A DNA stretch of 62,935 bases, filler included, from Octopus bimaculoides (GCF_001194135.2; 6 parts of 5 records of this genome joined end to end with filler, not necessarily neighbours in it); one strand, 5' to 3'; numbered from the whole stretch's first letter, positions 10,880-24,954 are shown. Notes: generated by a model not told the origin, from the sequence alone. Numbers and translations: made by a program.

Positions 10880-11465
10880 AAAGCACCATGATGCAATTCA
10901 CTCTGCCAGAAATTTGGAAATGGCATGCTAGCATTCGGACAGGAAGCTCCAATACGAACGTTTCAGAGTGTCTGGGTGTCAATCTGAGGACAGTGCAATC
11001 GGAGGACATGTACCGAGAGTGATAAAAATCAAACATCCAGTCAACATCATGGTGTTTGGACTGATCAGTATTGATGGCGATGTTACGCCGCTATTCATAT
11101 TCCTACACGGCCTCAAACTCAATACGGAGTCCTACATCAAGTGCTTGGAAGAAGTAGTGCTGCCTTGGGTGAAGTGAGTGACTGCTGGAAAACACTATGT
11201 CTGGCAACAGGACTCTGCACCATGTCACAGAAGCAGGAGAACCCAGTCATGGCTGTCAGACAATTTCTGCGACGAGACCACTCCCAACATCTGGCCACCT
11301 AGCTCCCCAGACTGCCACCCCCTTGATTACTACGCGTGGGTCACAGTTGAGCGAGAGACCATCAAAACTCCTTGTAACACCGAAGATGAACTGAAGGCAA
11401 GGATTATGGTAGCATTGACCAACTTAAACAAGGAAATGGTCCAGAAGAGTTGCAGGAGATTCCGA
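10880..11465 (+). mobile_element. Internally deleted DD37D (maT) transposase pseudogene
   Basis: N-terminal PEIWKWHA..SECLGVNLRTVQ joined to IMVFGLISIDG..WQQDSAPCH..WPPSSPDCHPLDYY; 37 residues between the second and third catalytic Asp; in-frame TGA at 11175; runs into a gap. Confidence 0.9.
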
Positions 11466-12714
11466 NNNNNNNNNNNNNNNNNNNNNNNNNNNNNNNNNNN
11501 NNNNNNNNNNNNNNNNNNNNNNNNNNNNNNNNNNNNNNNNNNNNNNNNNNNNNNNNNNNNNNNNNNNNNNNNNNNNNNNNNNNNNNNNNNNNNNNNNNNN
11601 NNNNNNNNNNNNNNNNNNNNNNNNNNNNNNNNNNNNNNNNNNNNNNNNNNNNNNNNNNNNNNNNNNNNNNNNNNNNNNNNNNNNNNNNNNNNNNNNNNNN
11701 NNNNNNNNNNNNNNNNNNNNNNNNNNNNNNNNNNNNNNNNNNNNNNNNNNNNNNNNNNNNNNNNNNNNNNNNNNNNNNNNNNNNNNNNNNNNNNNNNNNN
11801 NNNNNNNNNNNNNNNNNNNNNNNNNNNNNNNNNNNNNNNNNNNNNNNNNNNNNNNNNNNNNNNNNNNNNNNNNNNNNNNNNNNNNNNNNNNNNNNNNNNN
11901 NNNNNNNNNNNNNNNNNNNNNNNNNNNNNNNNNNNNNNNNNNNNNNNNNNNNNNNNNNNNNNNNNNNNNNNNNNNNNNNNNNNNNNNNNNNNNNNNNNNN
12001 NNNNNNNNNNNNNNNNNNNNNNNNNNNNNNNNNNNNNNNNNNNNNNNNNNNNNNNNNNNNNNNNNNNNNNNNNNNNNNNNNNNNNNNNNNNNNNNNNNNN
12101 NNNNNNNNNNNNNNNNNNNNNNNNNNNNNNNNNNNNNNNNNNNNNNNNNNNNNNNNNNNNNNNNNNNNNNNNNNNNNNNNNNNNNNNNNNNNNNNNNNNN
12201 NNNNNNNNNNNNNNNNNNNNNNNNAAAATTAATAATTAATTGATAATTAGTAATTTTACCAAGTAGTTCGGTGTGTTAAAAAAACCATTATCGGTAAATT
12301 CATATAAACATAATTAAAATTTAGGGTTCAGCAGGCATTGCTTCACCACACACCGAAAATTAGAAATAGCAGTCAAAACTACTATTTCTCTACCAAAATA
12401 CGACTCCCAAAACAGCAGTACTCGCAAACTACAAAGGCAAAAGAGAAAAAATAACGAATCAAGGTAACTATAACAAATAAGGCGAATAATAAATCTACTC
12501 GGTTTTTATTATTACAGTCATTTCCATAATGTATTCTCTTTGAAGCTCTGTCCGACATATGTTTTTTCTGCATGGATATCATACTGTGTGGGTTTCATTT
12601 GCATCCCGTTCGTTCCTCTGCAGTCAGATTTTATCCTGGTTAAAAATGTACCCATAGAGTTTATTCAATGTGTTGTCACTATCAAAGTTTGAAGGGAACT
12701 GGAGTATGAGGGTT

Positions 12715-13100
12715 TAGACTGTCTTAGCGACAATTAGTTGGTTCTATACATGTATCACAAAAATTATAACAGCGGAGCTTGAAGCATTCCAACAGAGCTA
12801 CACTAAAAAGATTGAAACAGTGCAGCTGATGAGCCACAAGGAGAGGCTGAAAAAGCTGCGACTTTGCTCCCTGGAGCGAAGGCGTGACAGATATGTAATA
12901 ACTTACATATGGAAAACTATAGAAAAGCTAGAACCTAATTTCGGCATTGAGTGTTAAACAAACACCAGAAGTGGACGCCATTGCATTGTACCAAAGGTAT
13001 TATCCACTTCATCAAAAGGCACATATAGGAGTGGTGATGCTCTAGCATGATCGCGGCCGCGTGGCTGAAAGGAGTAAAAAAGTAAAAGAGTAAAAGAATA
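12715..13100 (+). mobile_element. CR1/L2-type LINE 3' fragment with internal deletion and tail
   Basis: ELEAFQQSYTKKIETVQLMSHKERLKKLRLCSLERRRDRY, homologous to 34609 onward; joined directly to the GGTGATGCTCTAGCATG..TGGCTGAAA tail. Confidence 0.8.
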
Positions 13101-13315
13101 TATATATATACATAGATGTATGTACATATGCATATATATANNNNNNNNNNNNNNNNNNNNNNNNNNNNNNNNNNNNNNNNNNNNNNNNNNNNNNNNNNNN
13201 NNNNNNNNNNNNNNNNNNNNNNNNNNNNNNNNNNNNNNNNNNNNNNNNNNATATATATATATATATATATACATATATACATGTGTGGATGTGTGCTCGT
13301 TTATATCTGTACATG

Positions 13316-13347
<32 letters not shown>

Positions 13348-13879
13348 CACATATATACATATGTGGATGTGCGTGCGTGCGTGCGTGCGTGCATGCGTGC
13401 GTGTAAGTGTGTGTTTACCGACATCCTTTGAAACTTTCAGAGAGAAACTTTAGTTTAAAATCCTCAAAAATCTATTTTTTTCTGCAAATTAAAGAAACTT
13501 TCGGCATGAGAGAATTGCCAGATTGGCAAGGAAGGACGCTGGTGCTGCAAAATAAAATATACAGGGAGTATAAATAAATTCTTAAGTGGTATCCAAAGTC
13601 TATTTTATTTATTTATTTTTTTCTTTTATTAATCACAAGTGGCGCCAGATGCCGTCAATTAAAGCGATGTAATACTCTATTATCTTGAAAAGATCACAAA
13701 AGAATACTTACCAAATTCCATAACAATGCTCAAGCTACACAAGAATGTTGTAACACGAAATTATTGCAAACGCCAATTACGTGAATATTGGTATTTATTA
13801 AAGTGTGTGGTTAAAAATTCTGACATTCTTATGAAATGAAACCGTGACTTATCAATGATGATACGAAGGTAGATGTTAC

Positions 13880-15598
<1,719 letters not shown>

Positions 15599-15911
15599 NN
15601 NNNNNNNNNNNNNNNNNNNNNNNNNNNNNNNNNNNNNNNNNNNNNNNNNNNNNNNNNNNNNNNNNNNNNNNNNNNNNNNNNNNNNNNNNNNNNNNNNNNN
15701 NNNNNNNNNNNNNNNNNNNNNNNNNNNNNNNNNNNNNNNNNNNNNNNNNNNNNNNNNNNNNNNNNNNNNNNNNNNNNNNNNNNNNNNNNNNNNNNNNNNN
15801 NNNNNNNNNNNNNNNNNNNNNNNNNNNNNNNNNNNNNNNNNNNNNNNNNNNNNNNNNNNNNNNNNNNNNNNNNNNNNNNNNNNNNNNNNNNNNNTATATA
15901 TATATATATAT

Positions 15912-16165
15912 GACCTGGTGAGCCATCATCGACCAAAATTGTGATATGGCTATTGTTCATAACAGAACATGTACAATCCTGTGGAAAAGTGTGCCTTTCA
16001 GCTGGAGGATTGAAAAAGCATGTCAAAAGAGGTCATATTGTGACACCTGTTCCTTCTGCCAGCCAGCACAGCTGTGCATTATTATGCAACAGAATGTGCA
16101 AATGTTTCACCGGTCTGAAGAGTCATGCAAGAGCCTCACGTTGCATCAATGATGACTCATTTCAA
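15912..16165 (+). mobile_element. Decayed retroelement (probably RTE) C-terminus with two C2H2-like motifs
   Basis: With one frameshift: CTICGKVCLSAGGLKKHVKRGH...CALLCNRMCKCFTGLKSHARA; a decayed C2H2 zinc-finger gene is not excluded. Confidence 0.5.
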
Positions 16166-16324
16166 TGATTCTTTCTAGCAGTGGCTTTGCTTGTATACAA
16201 GAAAGCAGCTAAGGTACATATATAATGCATACACACACAGGCACAGACACAGACACGTACGCACACACATACACACACACATACACACACAACACACTCA
16301 CACACAGGCATACATACACACATA

Positions 16325-17190
16325 TTGGGTGTGTGGTAAAAAGCTTGATTCCTAATCAAATGGTTCTGGGTTGAGTCACACTGCGTAGCACCTTGGGCAA
16401 GTTTCTTCCACTATAGCTTCGGACCGACCAAAACCTTGTGAGTGGATTTAGTAAACGGAAACTGAAAGAAGCTCATCGTATATATATGTGTGTGTGTATG
16501 CATATGTGTATATNNNNNNNNNNNNNNNNNNNNNNNNNNNNNNNNNNNNNNNNNNNNNNNNNNNNNNNNNNNNNNNNNNNNNNNNNNNNNNNNNNNNNNN
16601 NNNNNNNNNNNNNNNNNNNNNNNNNNNNNNNNNNNNNNNNNNNNNNNNNNNNNNNNNNNNNNNNNNNNNNNNNNNNNNNNNNNNNNNNNNNNNNNNNNNN
16701 NNNNNNNNNNNNNNNNNNNNNNNNNNNNNNNNNNNNNNNNNNNNNNNNNNNNNNNNNNNNNNNNNNNNNNNNNNNNNNNNNNNNNNNNNNNNNNNNNNNN
16801 NNNNNNNNNNNNNNNNNNNNNNNNNNNNNNNNNNNNNNNNNNNNNNNNNNNNNNNNNNNNNNNNNNNNNNNNNNNNNNNNNNNNNNNNNNNNNNNNNNNN
16901 NNNNNNNNNNNNCACACATACATATATATACTATATATATATATGTGTGTATATATCTATGTGTGCGTCTTTGTGTCTGTGTTTGTTCCCCCCCCCGTCA
17001 TCACTTGACAATCGGTGTTGGTGTGTTTGCGTCCCCGTAATTTAGCAGTTCGGCAAAGAGATCCATAGAATAAGTACTAGGCTTAAAAGTAAGTGCTTGG
17101 GTTGAATTGTTCGACAAAAAGACTTGACTGCAGTGCTCCAGTATGGCCGCAGTCTAATGATTGAAACATGTAAAAGAATAAAAGAATATG
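16325..17190 (+). mobile_element. Main-family SINE split by an N gap at its central microsatellite
   Basis: 5' half 16325-16480, 3' half 16960-17190 with CTCCAGTATGGCCGCAGTC tail. Confidence 0.85.
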
Positions 17191-17199
17191 AATAAAAGA

Positions 17200-17262
17200 A
17201 TATGGTGCACCAGCATGACCGCAGCCACTTGGCTGAAACACATAAATAAATAAATAAATATA
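17200..17262 (+). mobile_element. Severely 5'-truncated LINE-type tail
   Basis: GGTGCACCAGCATGACCGCAGCCACTTGGCTGAAAC(ATAA)n, nearly identical to the tail at 35153-35212. Confidence 0.7.
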
Positions 17263-17732
17263 TATATATATATGAAAGAGAAGAAAGCAAAACATTTGTC
17301 AAAAACCAAACGAATATTAGTGTATAAAATATTCCTGAGATCTCGCATGGACTATGACACTTCAACTTAGGCGAATCAATCTCTCCACAACACAGTACAA
17401 TATCCCACCAAAGACGCCGAACAATTACACTATACAGCATAACCAGTCATACACAATCCACACCTACAGACCACAATACTTATAAGAAATACACCAAACC
17501 TGAAAAATATCCTGGACAGGTGATAGGCATAGTTTTCTTTTACGGTAAGTTCCAACGGCCATATTCCTTGTCAGTAAGTGAAAACCATCTCCAAAGGTCT
17601 ATTTTCACGTTTCTATGTTCACTTTCTGTATTGCATATTTGTTTATTTCTTGCTTGTTTGTTTGTTCACTTTTTATCATGTTTGATTCCTCGTTCATTGT
17701 CTCACCATTTTCCGGCGGTTTCATGCTGCCAG

Positions 17733-17812
17733 CGCTATCAGCAGGGAACAATATTATCGTTGAAGGCGCGAAATTGCGTTTGACCTTCTGGCCGATAACT
17801 GATGAAGATTTG
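17733..17812 (+). CDS. Candidate coding exon (LSAGNNIIVEGAKLRLTFWPITDEDL)
   Basis: T-rich acceptor ending CCAG, one open frame, GC-balanced non-repeat sequence, weak GTGACC donor. Confidence 0.25.
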
Positions 17813-17861
17813 GTGACCTGTGTCTGTTTTCCGTTTGTTTGTACATTTATGGGTTTTAACT

Positions 17862-17911
<50 letters not shown>

Positions 17912-17935
17912 TTCTTTTTCTCTCTCTCTCTCTCA

Positions 17936-18038
<103 letters not shown>

Positions 18039-18241
18039 TCTCTCACACACACACTCATGCCTACCTGTCTTTCTTTTCTTCCTTCTTTCCTCTTTTTCTA
18101 TTTCTGTACACACACACACATAGATGACAAAAAGAAAAAAAACACGCAGATAGACACAGAAACTGCTTCCATAACATAATGTTATGGAAGCAATGACATC
18201 CCCTCTTCCAATCTTTATTCAGGGTTGTACACAGCACCACC

Positions 18242-18242
<1 letters not shown>

Positions 18243-18273
<31 letters not shown>

Positions 18274-18297
18274 GGTAAGTAAGTAAGTAAATAAGTA
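18243..18297. repeat. (GTAA)n tetranucleotide array
   Basis: Visible directly. Confidence 0.9.
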
Positions 18298-18650
18298 GAG
18301 AGGAACAGCAACTGCTGAGGTGTAAACCTAGTCCACCGTGACCAACTTCCACTGTGACTATTTCCACAATCTGCGGCCCTTAAGTTTGTAGCCTTTGGAC
18401 AATGTTGTAGATAATATTACAAGACAGACGTGATGGTCAAAATTGGATTTTCTTGGATCATAATTCTGTCTGATCTGAAGAAAGGAAAGAAGGACAGGTT
18501 CACATTAAAAGTGCGAGGAAGGGGGTTCGTAGGGAGGGAGAGGAGGGAGCAAGAATAAAAATATCAACAGAGAGAAAGAAAAAGTGAGAGAAAGACAGAA
18601 GGAAGGAAGGAAGGAAGGAAGGAAGGAAGGAAGGAAGGAAGGAAGGACGA

Positions 18651-18701
<51 letters not shown>

Positions 18702-19459
18702 GAAGCGAAATATTGAAAGACCAAAAGAAAAAGGGAAGAATCTTGTTAAATTNNNNNNNNNNNNNNNNNNNNNNNNNNNNNNNNNNNNNNNNNNNNNNNN
18801 NNNNNNNNNNNNNNNNNNNNNNNNNNNNNNNNNNNNNNNNNNNNNNNNNNNNNNNNNNNNNNNNNNNNNNNNNNNNNNNNNNNNNNNNNNNNNNNNNNNN
18901 NNNNNNNNNNNNNNNNNNNNNNNNNNNNNNNNNNNNNNNNNNNNNNNNNNNNNNNNNNNNNNNNNNNNNNNNNNNNNNNNNNNNNNNNNNNNNNNNNNNN
19001 NNNNNNNNNNNNNNNNNNNNNNNNNNNNNNNNNNNNNNNNNNNNNNNNNNNNNNNNNNNNNNNNNNNNNNNNNNNNNNNNNNNNNNNNNNNNNNNNNNNN
19101 NNNNNNNNNNNNNNNNNNNNNNNNNNNNNNNNNNNNNNNNNNNNNNNNNNNNNNNNNNNNNNNNNNNNNNNNNNNNNNNNNNNNNNNNNNNNNNNNNNNN
19201 NNNNNNNNNNNNNNNNNNNNNNNNNNNNNNNNNNNNNNNNNNNNNNNNNNNNNNNNNNNNNNNNNNNNNNNNNNNNNNNNNNNNNNNNNNNNNNNNNNNN
19301 NNNNNNNNNNNNNNNNNNNNNNNNNNNNNNNNNNNNNNNNNNNNNNNNNNNNNNNNNNNNNNNNNNNNNNNNNNNNNNNNNNNNNNNNNNNNNNNNNNNN
19401 NNNNNNNNNNNNNNNNNNNNNNNNNNNNNNNNNNNNNNNNNNNNNNNNNNNNNNNNNNN

Positions 19460-19870
19460 ACTCTCTTTTACTTGTTTCAGTCATTTGACTGCGGCCATGC
19501 TGGAGCACCACCTTTAGTCGAGCAAATCGACCCCAGGACTTATTCTTTGTAAGCCTAGTATTTATTCTATCGGGCACTTTTGCCGAACCACTAATGTTAC
19601 GGGGACGTAAACACACCAGCATCGGTAGTCAAGCAATGTTGGCGAGGGGTGGGGGACAAATACAAACACACAAATGTATACACACACACATACATATACA
19701 TATATACGACGGGCTTCTTTCAGTTTCCGTCTACCAAATCCACTCAGAAGGCTTTGGTTGGCCCGAGGCTATAGTAGAAGACACTTGCCCAAGGTGCCAC
19801 GCAGTGGGACTGAACCCGGAACTATGTGGTTGGTAAGCAAGCTACTTACCACACAGCCACTCCTACGCCT
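19460..19870 (-). mobile_element. Main-family SINE, full length
   Basis: All family landmarks from head (AGGCGTAGGAGTGGCTGTGTGGTAAG) to tail (GCAGTCAAATGACTGAAACAAGTAAAAGAG). Confidence 0.9.
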
Positions 19871-19884
19871 TTCTACAAATAATT

Positions 19885-20082
19885 CTTTTATTCTTTTACT
19901 CTTTTACATGTTTCAGTCATTTGACTGCGGCCATGCTAGAGCACCGTCTTTAGTCGAATCAAATCGACCTCAGGACCTATTCTTTGTAAGCTTAGTACTT
20001 ATTCTATCGGTTACTTTTGCCAAACCGCTAGTGACGCGTACGTAAACACACCACCATCGGTTGTCAAGCGATGGTGGGGGAA

Positions 20083-20147
<65 letters not shown>

Positions 20148-20320
20148 GTATATATGACGGGGTTCTTTCAGTTTCCGTCTACCAAGACCACTCAGAAAGC
20201 TTTGGTCGGCCCGAGGCTATACGTAGAAGACACTTGCCCAAGGTGCCACGCAGTGGGACTGAACCCGGAACCATGTGATTGGTAAGCAAGCTACTTACCA
20301 CACAGCCACTCCTGCGCCTA
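19885..20320 (-). mobile_element. Main-family SINE, full length, head-to-tail with the previous copy
   Basis: Same landmarks; about 15 bp from the neighbouring copy. Confidence 0.9.
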
Positions 20321-20934
20321 TTATGAATACGATTTTCTCATCAGAGCGCAAAACTTCATTGAAAACTACACTTTTGAAAATAATCTGGTTGGAAGGAAAG
20401 AAGGAAGGAAAACCGAAAGAAAAAGCAAAGAGATTGAAAGAAAGGGGCAAGATAGAAGAAAAGAGGGAAAGATTGAAGGAAGGAAGGAAAGAAGGAGAGG
20501 AAGAAAGAAAAAAGTAAGAAAGAGAGAGAAAAAAGCGGAGGCAAAGAGGGGGAAACCAGCGAGGAGCAAAGTTTTTTGAAAAATAAAATAAGTTAAATTA
20601 GAAAGGAAGTAAAATGGAAAGATCAGAAAACAAAGAGAGTCAAGTAAAGGAGAAAGAGTGAAAGGGTAGAAAGAAGAAAAGAAAGGGAAGAAAGACACGA
20701 AGTGAGAAACGAGAGAAGGAGAGGAGTGAAGAAAGAGGAGAATGGGAGAGAGAGAGAGAGAATGGGAGAGAGAGAGAGAGAGAGAGACCGAGGGTGGAAA
20801 GAGAAAGAAAGAAAGAAAGACAGAAAGAAAGAAATAAAGAAAGAAAGAAAGAAAGAAAGGAAGAAAGAAATAAAGACAAAGAAAGCAAAAACCAGTGATA
20901 GAAAAAAGAGGATGGGAAGAGTGGAAGCGGGGAG

Positions 20935-20971
<37 letters not shown>

Positions 20972-21941
20972 CACATACATACATATACACAGACTAAGAT
21001 AGCTATCTATCTACCTATACATGCATGCATACATACATACAAATATACATACATACATATATATATAAATATATATATATANNNNNNNNNNNNNNNNNNN
21101 NNNNNNNNNNNNNNNNNNNNNNNNNNNNNNNNNNNNNNNNNNNNNNNNNNNNNNNNNNNNNNNNNNNNNNNNNNNNNNNNNNNNNNNNNNNNNNNNNNNN
21201 NNNNNNNNNNNNNNNNNNNNNNNNNNNNNNNNNNNNNNNNNNNNNNNNNNNNNNNNNNNNNNNNNNNNNNNNNNNNNNNNNNNNNNNNNNNNNNNNNNNN
21301 NNNNNNNNNNNNNNNNNNNNNNNNNNNNNNNNNNNNNNNNNNNNNNNNNNNNNNNNNNNNNNNNNNNNNNNNNNNNNNNNNNNNNNNNNNNNNNNNNNNN
21401 NNNNNNNNNNNNNNNNNNNNNNNNNNNNNNNNNNNNNNNNNNNNNNNNNNNNNNNNNNNNNNNNNNNNNNNNNNNNNNNNNNNNNNNNNNNNNNNNNNNN
21501 NNNNNNNNNNNNNNNNNNNNNNNNNNNNNNNNNNNNNNNNNNNNNNNNNNNNNNNNNNNNNNNNNNNNNNNNNNNNNNNNNNNNNNNNNNNNNNNNNNNN
21601 NNNNNNNNNNNNNNNNNNNNNNNNNNNNNNNNNNNNNNNNNNNNNNNNNNNNNNNNNNNNNNNNNNNNCTCCTCTATCACTTTGGTAAACCAAGCTTTTT
21701 CTTACCTCCATCCTCTCTTTCCCTTCCCCCTCTGTCTCTCTTCTTCTTCTCTTTCCCACTCTCTCACCCTCTCTTTTTACCTCATACACACTCTCTCTCT
21801 CTCTTTCTGTTTTTTTCACTCTCTCGATGTCTTCCACCAGCAAGCCGCACGAGCCGTAGGCTGTTACAACAGCCGTTCGCGCTTTCTTTTTCTATTTTTT
21901 CCCCATCTCTTTACTCCCCTTCTACTTCTTTACCGCCAAAG

Positions 21942-21995
21942 AAATGCCCTTGAGGATAGAGCAGACTGCACACCGGTTGCTGACATTAGAGAACG
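21942..21995 (+). CDS. Candidate 54-nt coding exon (MPLRIEQTAHRLLTLEN)
   Basis: Long pyrimidine tract ending AAG, phase 1-1, weak GTAGTC donor; separated from later exons by an artificial join. Confidence 0.2.
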
Positions 21996-22409
21996 GTAGT
22001 CGATTGGTTGGAAGACGATGGCGTATATTTCCAACATGCGAACTCAATTAAAACTAGTGTGTGAGACGTCCTAAGTACCCGAGTAGGGGTGCGGCATAGA
22101 GCTACAGACATGCAAAGAGGTGCAAGTTCTTGTATCAAAAACACTGACAAACGGAACATGGATGTGTGCGTGTACGCGTATATGCGTGTGTAAAAATTCA
22201 ACCGTTACTCACAACCGACAATATAAACACACACACGCACAGACACGCACAAACACATTCACACACGCGCGCACACACACGTACACACACACACACACTT
22301 TCTCTCTCACAACCCATATATAAACACATGCACTCATATATATCTATAATGTATATGCGATTAAACACACACCCGACAATAAAAATACACACACACACAC
22401 ACATCTGCT

Positions 22410-22794
22410 TATGTATGTATAAGAAGCCTGCTATCCAACCACATGGTTCTGGGTTCTGTCCCACTGCATGACACTTTGGGCAAGTGTCTTCTGCTATAGC
22501 CACGTGCTTATGAGTGGATTTGGTAGACGAAAACTGAAAGAAGCCCATATATTCTTTTATGCTTTTGTTTCAGTCATTTCACTGCGGTCATGCTGGAGCA
22601 CCGCCTTCAGTCGAACAAATTGAGCCCAGGACTTATTCTTTGTAAACCTATTCTATCATTCTCTTTTGCTAAACCGCTAGAGTACGGGGGACGTAAACAC
22701 GCCAACATCAGTAGTCAAGCGACAAATACAGGGACAAATGCAAACATACATACATATATATATAAATATATATTAGACGGGCTTCTTTCAGTTT

Positions 22795-22795
<1 letters not shown>
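22410..22795. mobile_element. Plus-strand SINE 5' half abutting a minus-strand SINE 3' half
   Basis: AAAACTGAAAGAAGCCC (about 22530-22546) and GGGCTTCTTTCAGTTTT (about 22779-22795) face each other. Confidence 0.75.
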
Positions 22796-22880
<85 letters not shown>

Positions 22881-22980
22881 NNNNNNNNNNNNNNNNNNNN
22901 NNNNNNNNNNNNNNNNNNNNNNNNTTAATTAATTAANNNNNNNNNNNNNNNNNNNNNNNNNNNNNNNNNNNNNNNNNNNN

Positions 22981-23395
22981 GCCGGGCGAAATGCTTATCG
23001 GTATTTCGTCTGCCGTTACGTTCTGAGATCAAATCCCGCCGAGGTCGACTTTGCCTTTCATCCTTTCGGGGTCGATAAATTAAGTACCAGTTACGCACTG
23101 GGGTCGATGTAATCGACTTAATCTGTTTGTCTGCCCTTGTTTGTCTCCTCTATGTTTAGCCCCTTGTGGGCAATAAAGAAATAAGAATCGTTAGCACGCC
23201 GGGCAAAATGCTTAGCGGTATTTCGTCGGTCTTTACGTTCTGAGTTCAAATTCCGCCGAGGTCGACTTTGCCTTTTGTCCTTTCGAGGTCGATAAATTAA
23301 GTACCAGTTGCGTACTGGGGTCGGTCTAATCGTCGGGCCCCCTCCGCCAAAATTTCGGACCTTGTACCTAGAGTAGAAAAGAATATTTTCCTTAA
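22981..23395 (+). mobile_element. Two tandem Nin/Deu-domain SINE copies
   Basis: GCCGGGC.AAATGCTTA.CGGTATTTCGTC...CCGCCGAGGTCGACTTTGCCTTT...GTCGATAAATTAAGTACCAGTT occurs twice, at 22981 and about 23198. Confidence 0.8.
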
Positions 23396-24021
23396 GAACC
23401 ACATTTTACAGCTCTCCAAGCATCTTCTCATTCCTGATGTTATAGACCATGTTTCTCTTCCATACATTAATACAAGGTAGACATAGCAGTTCAGTATACA
23501 GATCTGGGTTTTGATGATCAGAATATGGTTTCTCTAGACGTTATACAATTCTGACAATGCAGATTTTGCCAGATTTATGTTTATAAATATTTTTTTTTAA
23601 ACCCAACTAATGGCTGTGAAACATTTAAACTTGTCCAACACCATAGCGTAAATAGAATTGCATCAATGCAAACTTTATTTTACTTTCACATTAACAAAGA
23701 GGAAAAATTTACATTAAAATTTGGGGTGAAGGTAGGAATTGTCAGTTAGAAAGTCACTCCTAGTTTAAGGGGTCTGTGAATCGATTTATATTCCCTCCCC
23801 CTCAACCTCCCACTCCTCTCTCTTTCACACTTTCTATAGCGTTCTCTTTTTCTTTCTTTTTTCAGTGTTCCACCTCTCTCTCACCCTATCTCTATCTCAT
23901 GTCTCTGTCTCTCTCCCTCTCTCACTCATTCTGTTTCTCTTTCCCTTTCTCCCTCTCTCTTTCTGTCTCTCCACCGCCCTCTCTGAACAGGGAAACAAGG
24001 TCTGTTTTCTCTTCTGTGTAG

Positions 24022-24095
24022 TGGCAAAAGAGGTAGTGTGGAGGACACGCATGAAAGAATTAGTGACAGACATCTTCATTTCCAGTCGTGGTTTG
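24022..24095 (+). CDS. Candidate coding exon (VAKEVVWRTRMKELVTDIFISSRGL)
   Basis: Acceptor TCTGTTTTCTCTTCTGTGTAG, donor TTG/GTAAAC, phase 0 end compatible with the exon at 24433. Confidence 0.4.
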
Positions 24096-24432
24096 GTAAA
24101 CTTTTTTGTTTCCCATCTTAAAAGGAAAATAAGGCTGGAGACGAGACACTTGCCACTCAGCACATATTAGAAAAGATTAAGGAAAGTGGCAAGCATATTG
24201 AGAGTGAATGTGCTTTCTTAAGAGAGAACATAAAAGTCTCTTAAGGGGTTCAGTGGAGGAACGTGGTTTGTGGGATCGCACCCGTCCCTCACTCCATCAT
24301 CATCATCCGATTTTATATATCATCATAAATTTTTTATCTTGTCATCTCATTCGATCCCCCGACCCCTTTGTCCTCTCTTTGTCTCTACCTTTATGGTAAA
24401 TAAAATATCGGTTATTGTTCCTCCTCGACCAG

Positions 24433-24634
24433 ACCCAGCTGGAGCATCTCTCCACTGTTTCTGACATTGCCTTTACGGCTTTGGTTCTTTTCTTCCCAGA
24501 GTTGTTTCATATCAGACTCACGTCTAAACTTGTGCCACACATCGATATAAAACGCTACAGAAGGAAACAGCGTGAATTTACAATTAATCCGTCTCACTTT
24601 GAAGGTGAAATTTATGTATTTGCCGTAGATTTTG
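24433..24634 (+). CDS. Candidate coding exon, beta-strand-rich (TQLEHLSTVSDIAFTALVLFFPELFHIRLTSKLVPHIDIKRYRRKQREFTINPSHFEGEIYVFAVDF)
   Basis: Inside the 97-aa non-repetitive ORF 24415-24708; acceptor ..CCTCGACCAG (alternative TTCCCAG at 24499), donor G/GTATGT at 24635 (alternative AAA/GTGAGA near 24688); no TE motif recognised. Confidence 0.5.
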
Positions 24635-24954
24635 GTATGTTTGGAACGAATCTGACCACCAAAACCATTGAAAACTACAACTCCAAAGTGAGACAGGCGT
24701 CGTTATGAAAATTTACCGGAAGTCCATTTTAGCTAAAACTCACTGATGCCCAGAGCATCATTCGTATAAACTTCCACAATATGTAAAGATCTTCTACAAA
24801 ATTCAAGAGTAGTTGTCCAGCAGACACAGTTTCCTGGCCAGTAGAAAGAAGAAATAGCACAAGATATTTTGTCCGATGCTCAAATGATTCCGCCAGTCCA
24901 CCGCTTGGTACCAGTAATATAATAAAACCAGTTTTAGTTGATTTTTCAGTTTTA

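Noticed and set aside
12826-12860. CTGATGAG...GAAA hammerhead-like words
   Set aside because: Lies in LINE coding sequence (QLMSHKERLKK) and lacks flanking stems; CTGATGAAG at 17799 has no downstream GAAA
18300-18480. Minus-strand IVEIVTVEVGHGG resembling an RLE-LINE C-terminus
   Set aside because: A single short motif, insufficient to call
24022-24560. Faint resemblance of the joined peptide to a T-box (TLEN..W..ELVTDIFI, LVPHIDIKRYR)
   Set aside because: Needs a 20-aa insertion and a 13-aa deletion and lacks GRRMFP; probably chance
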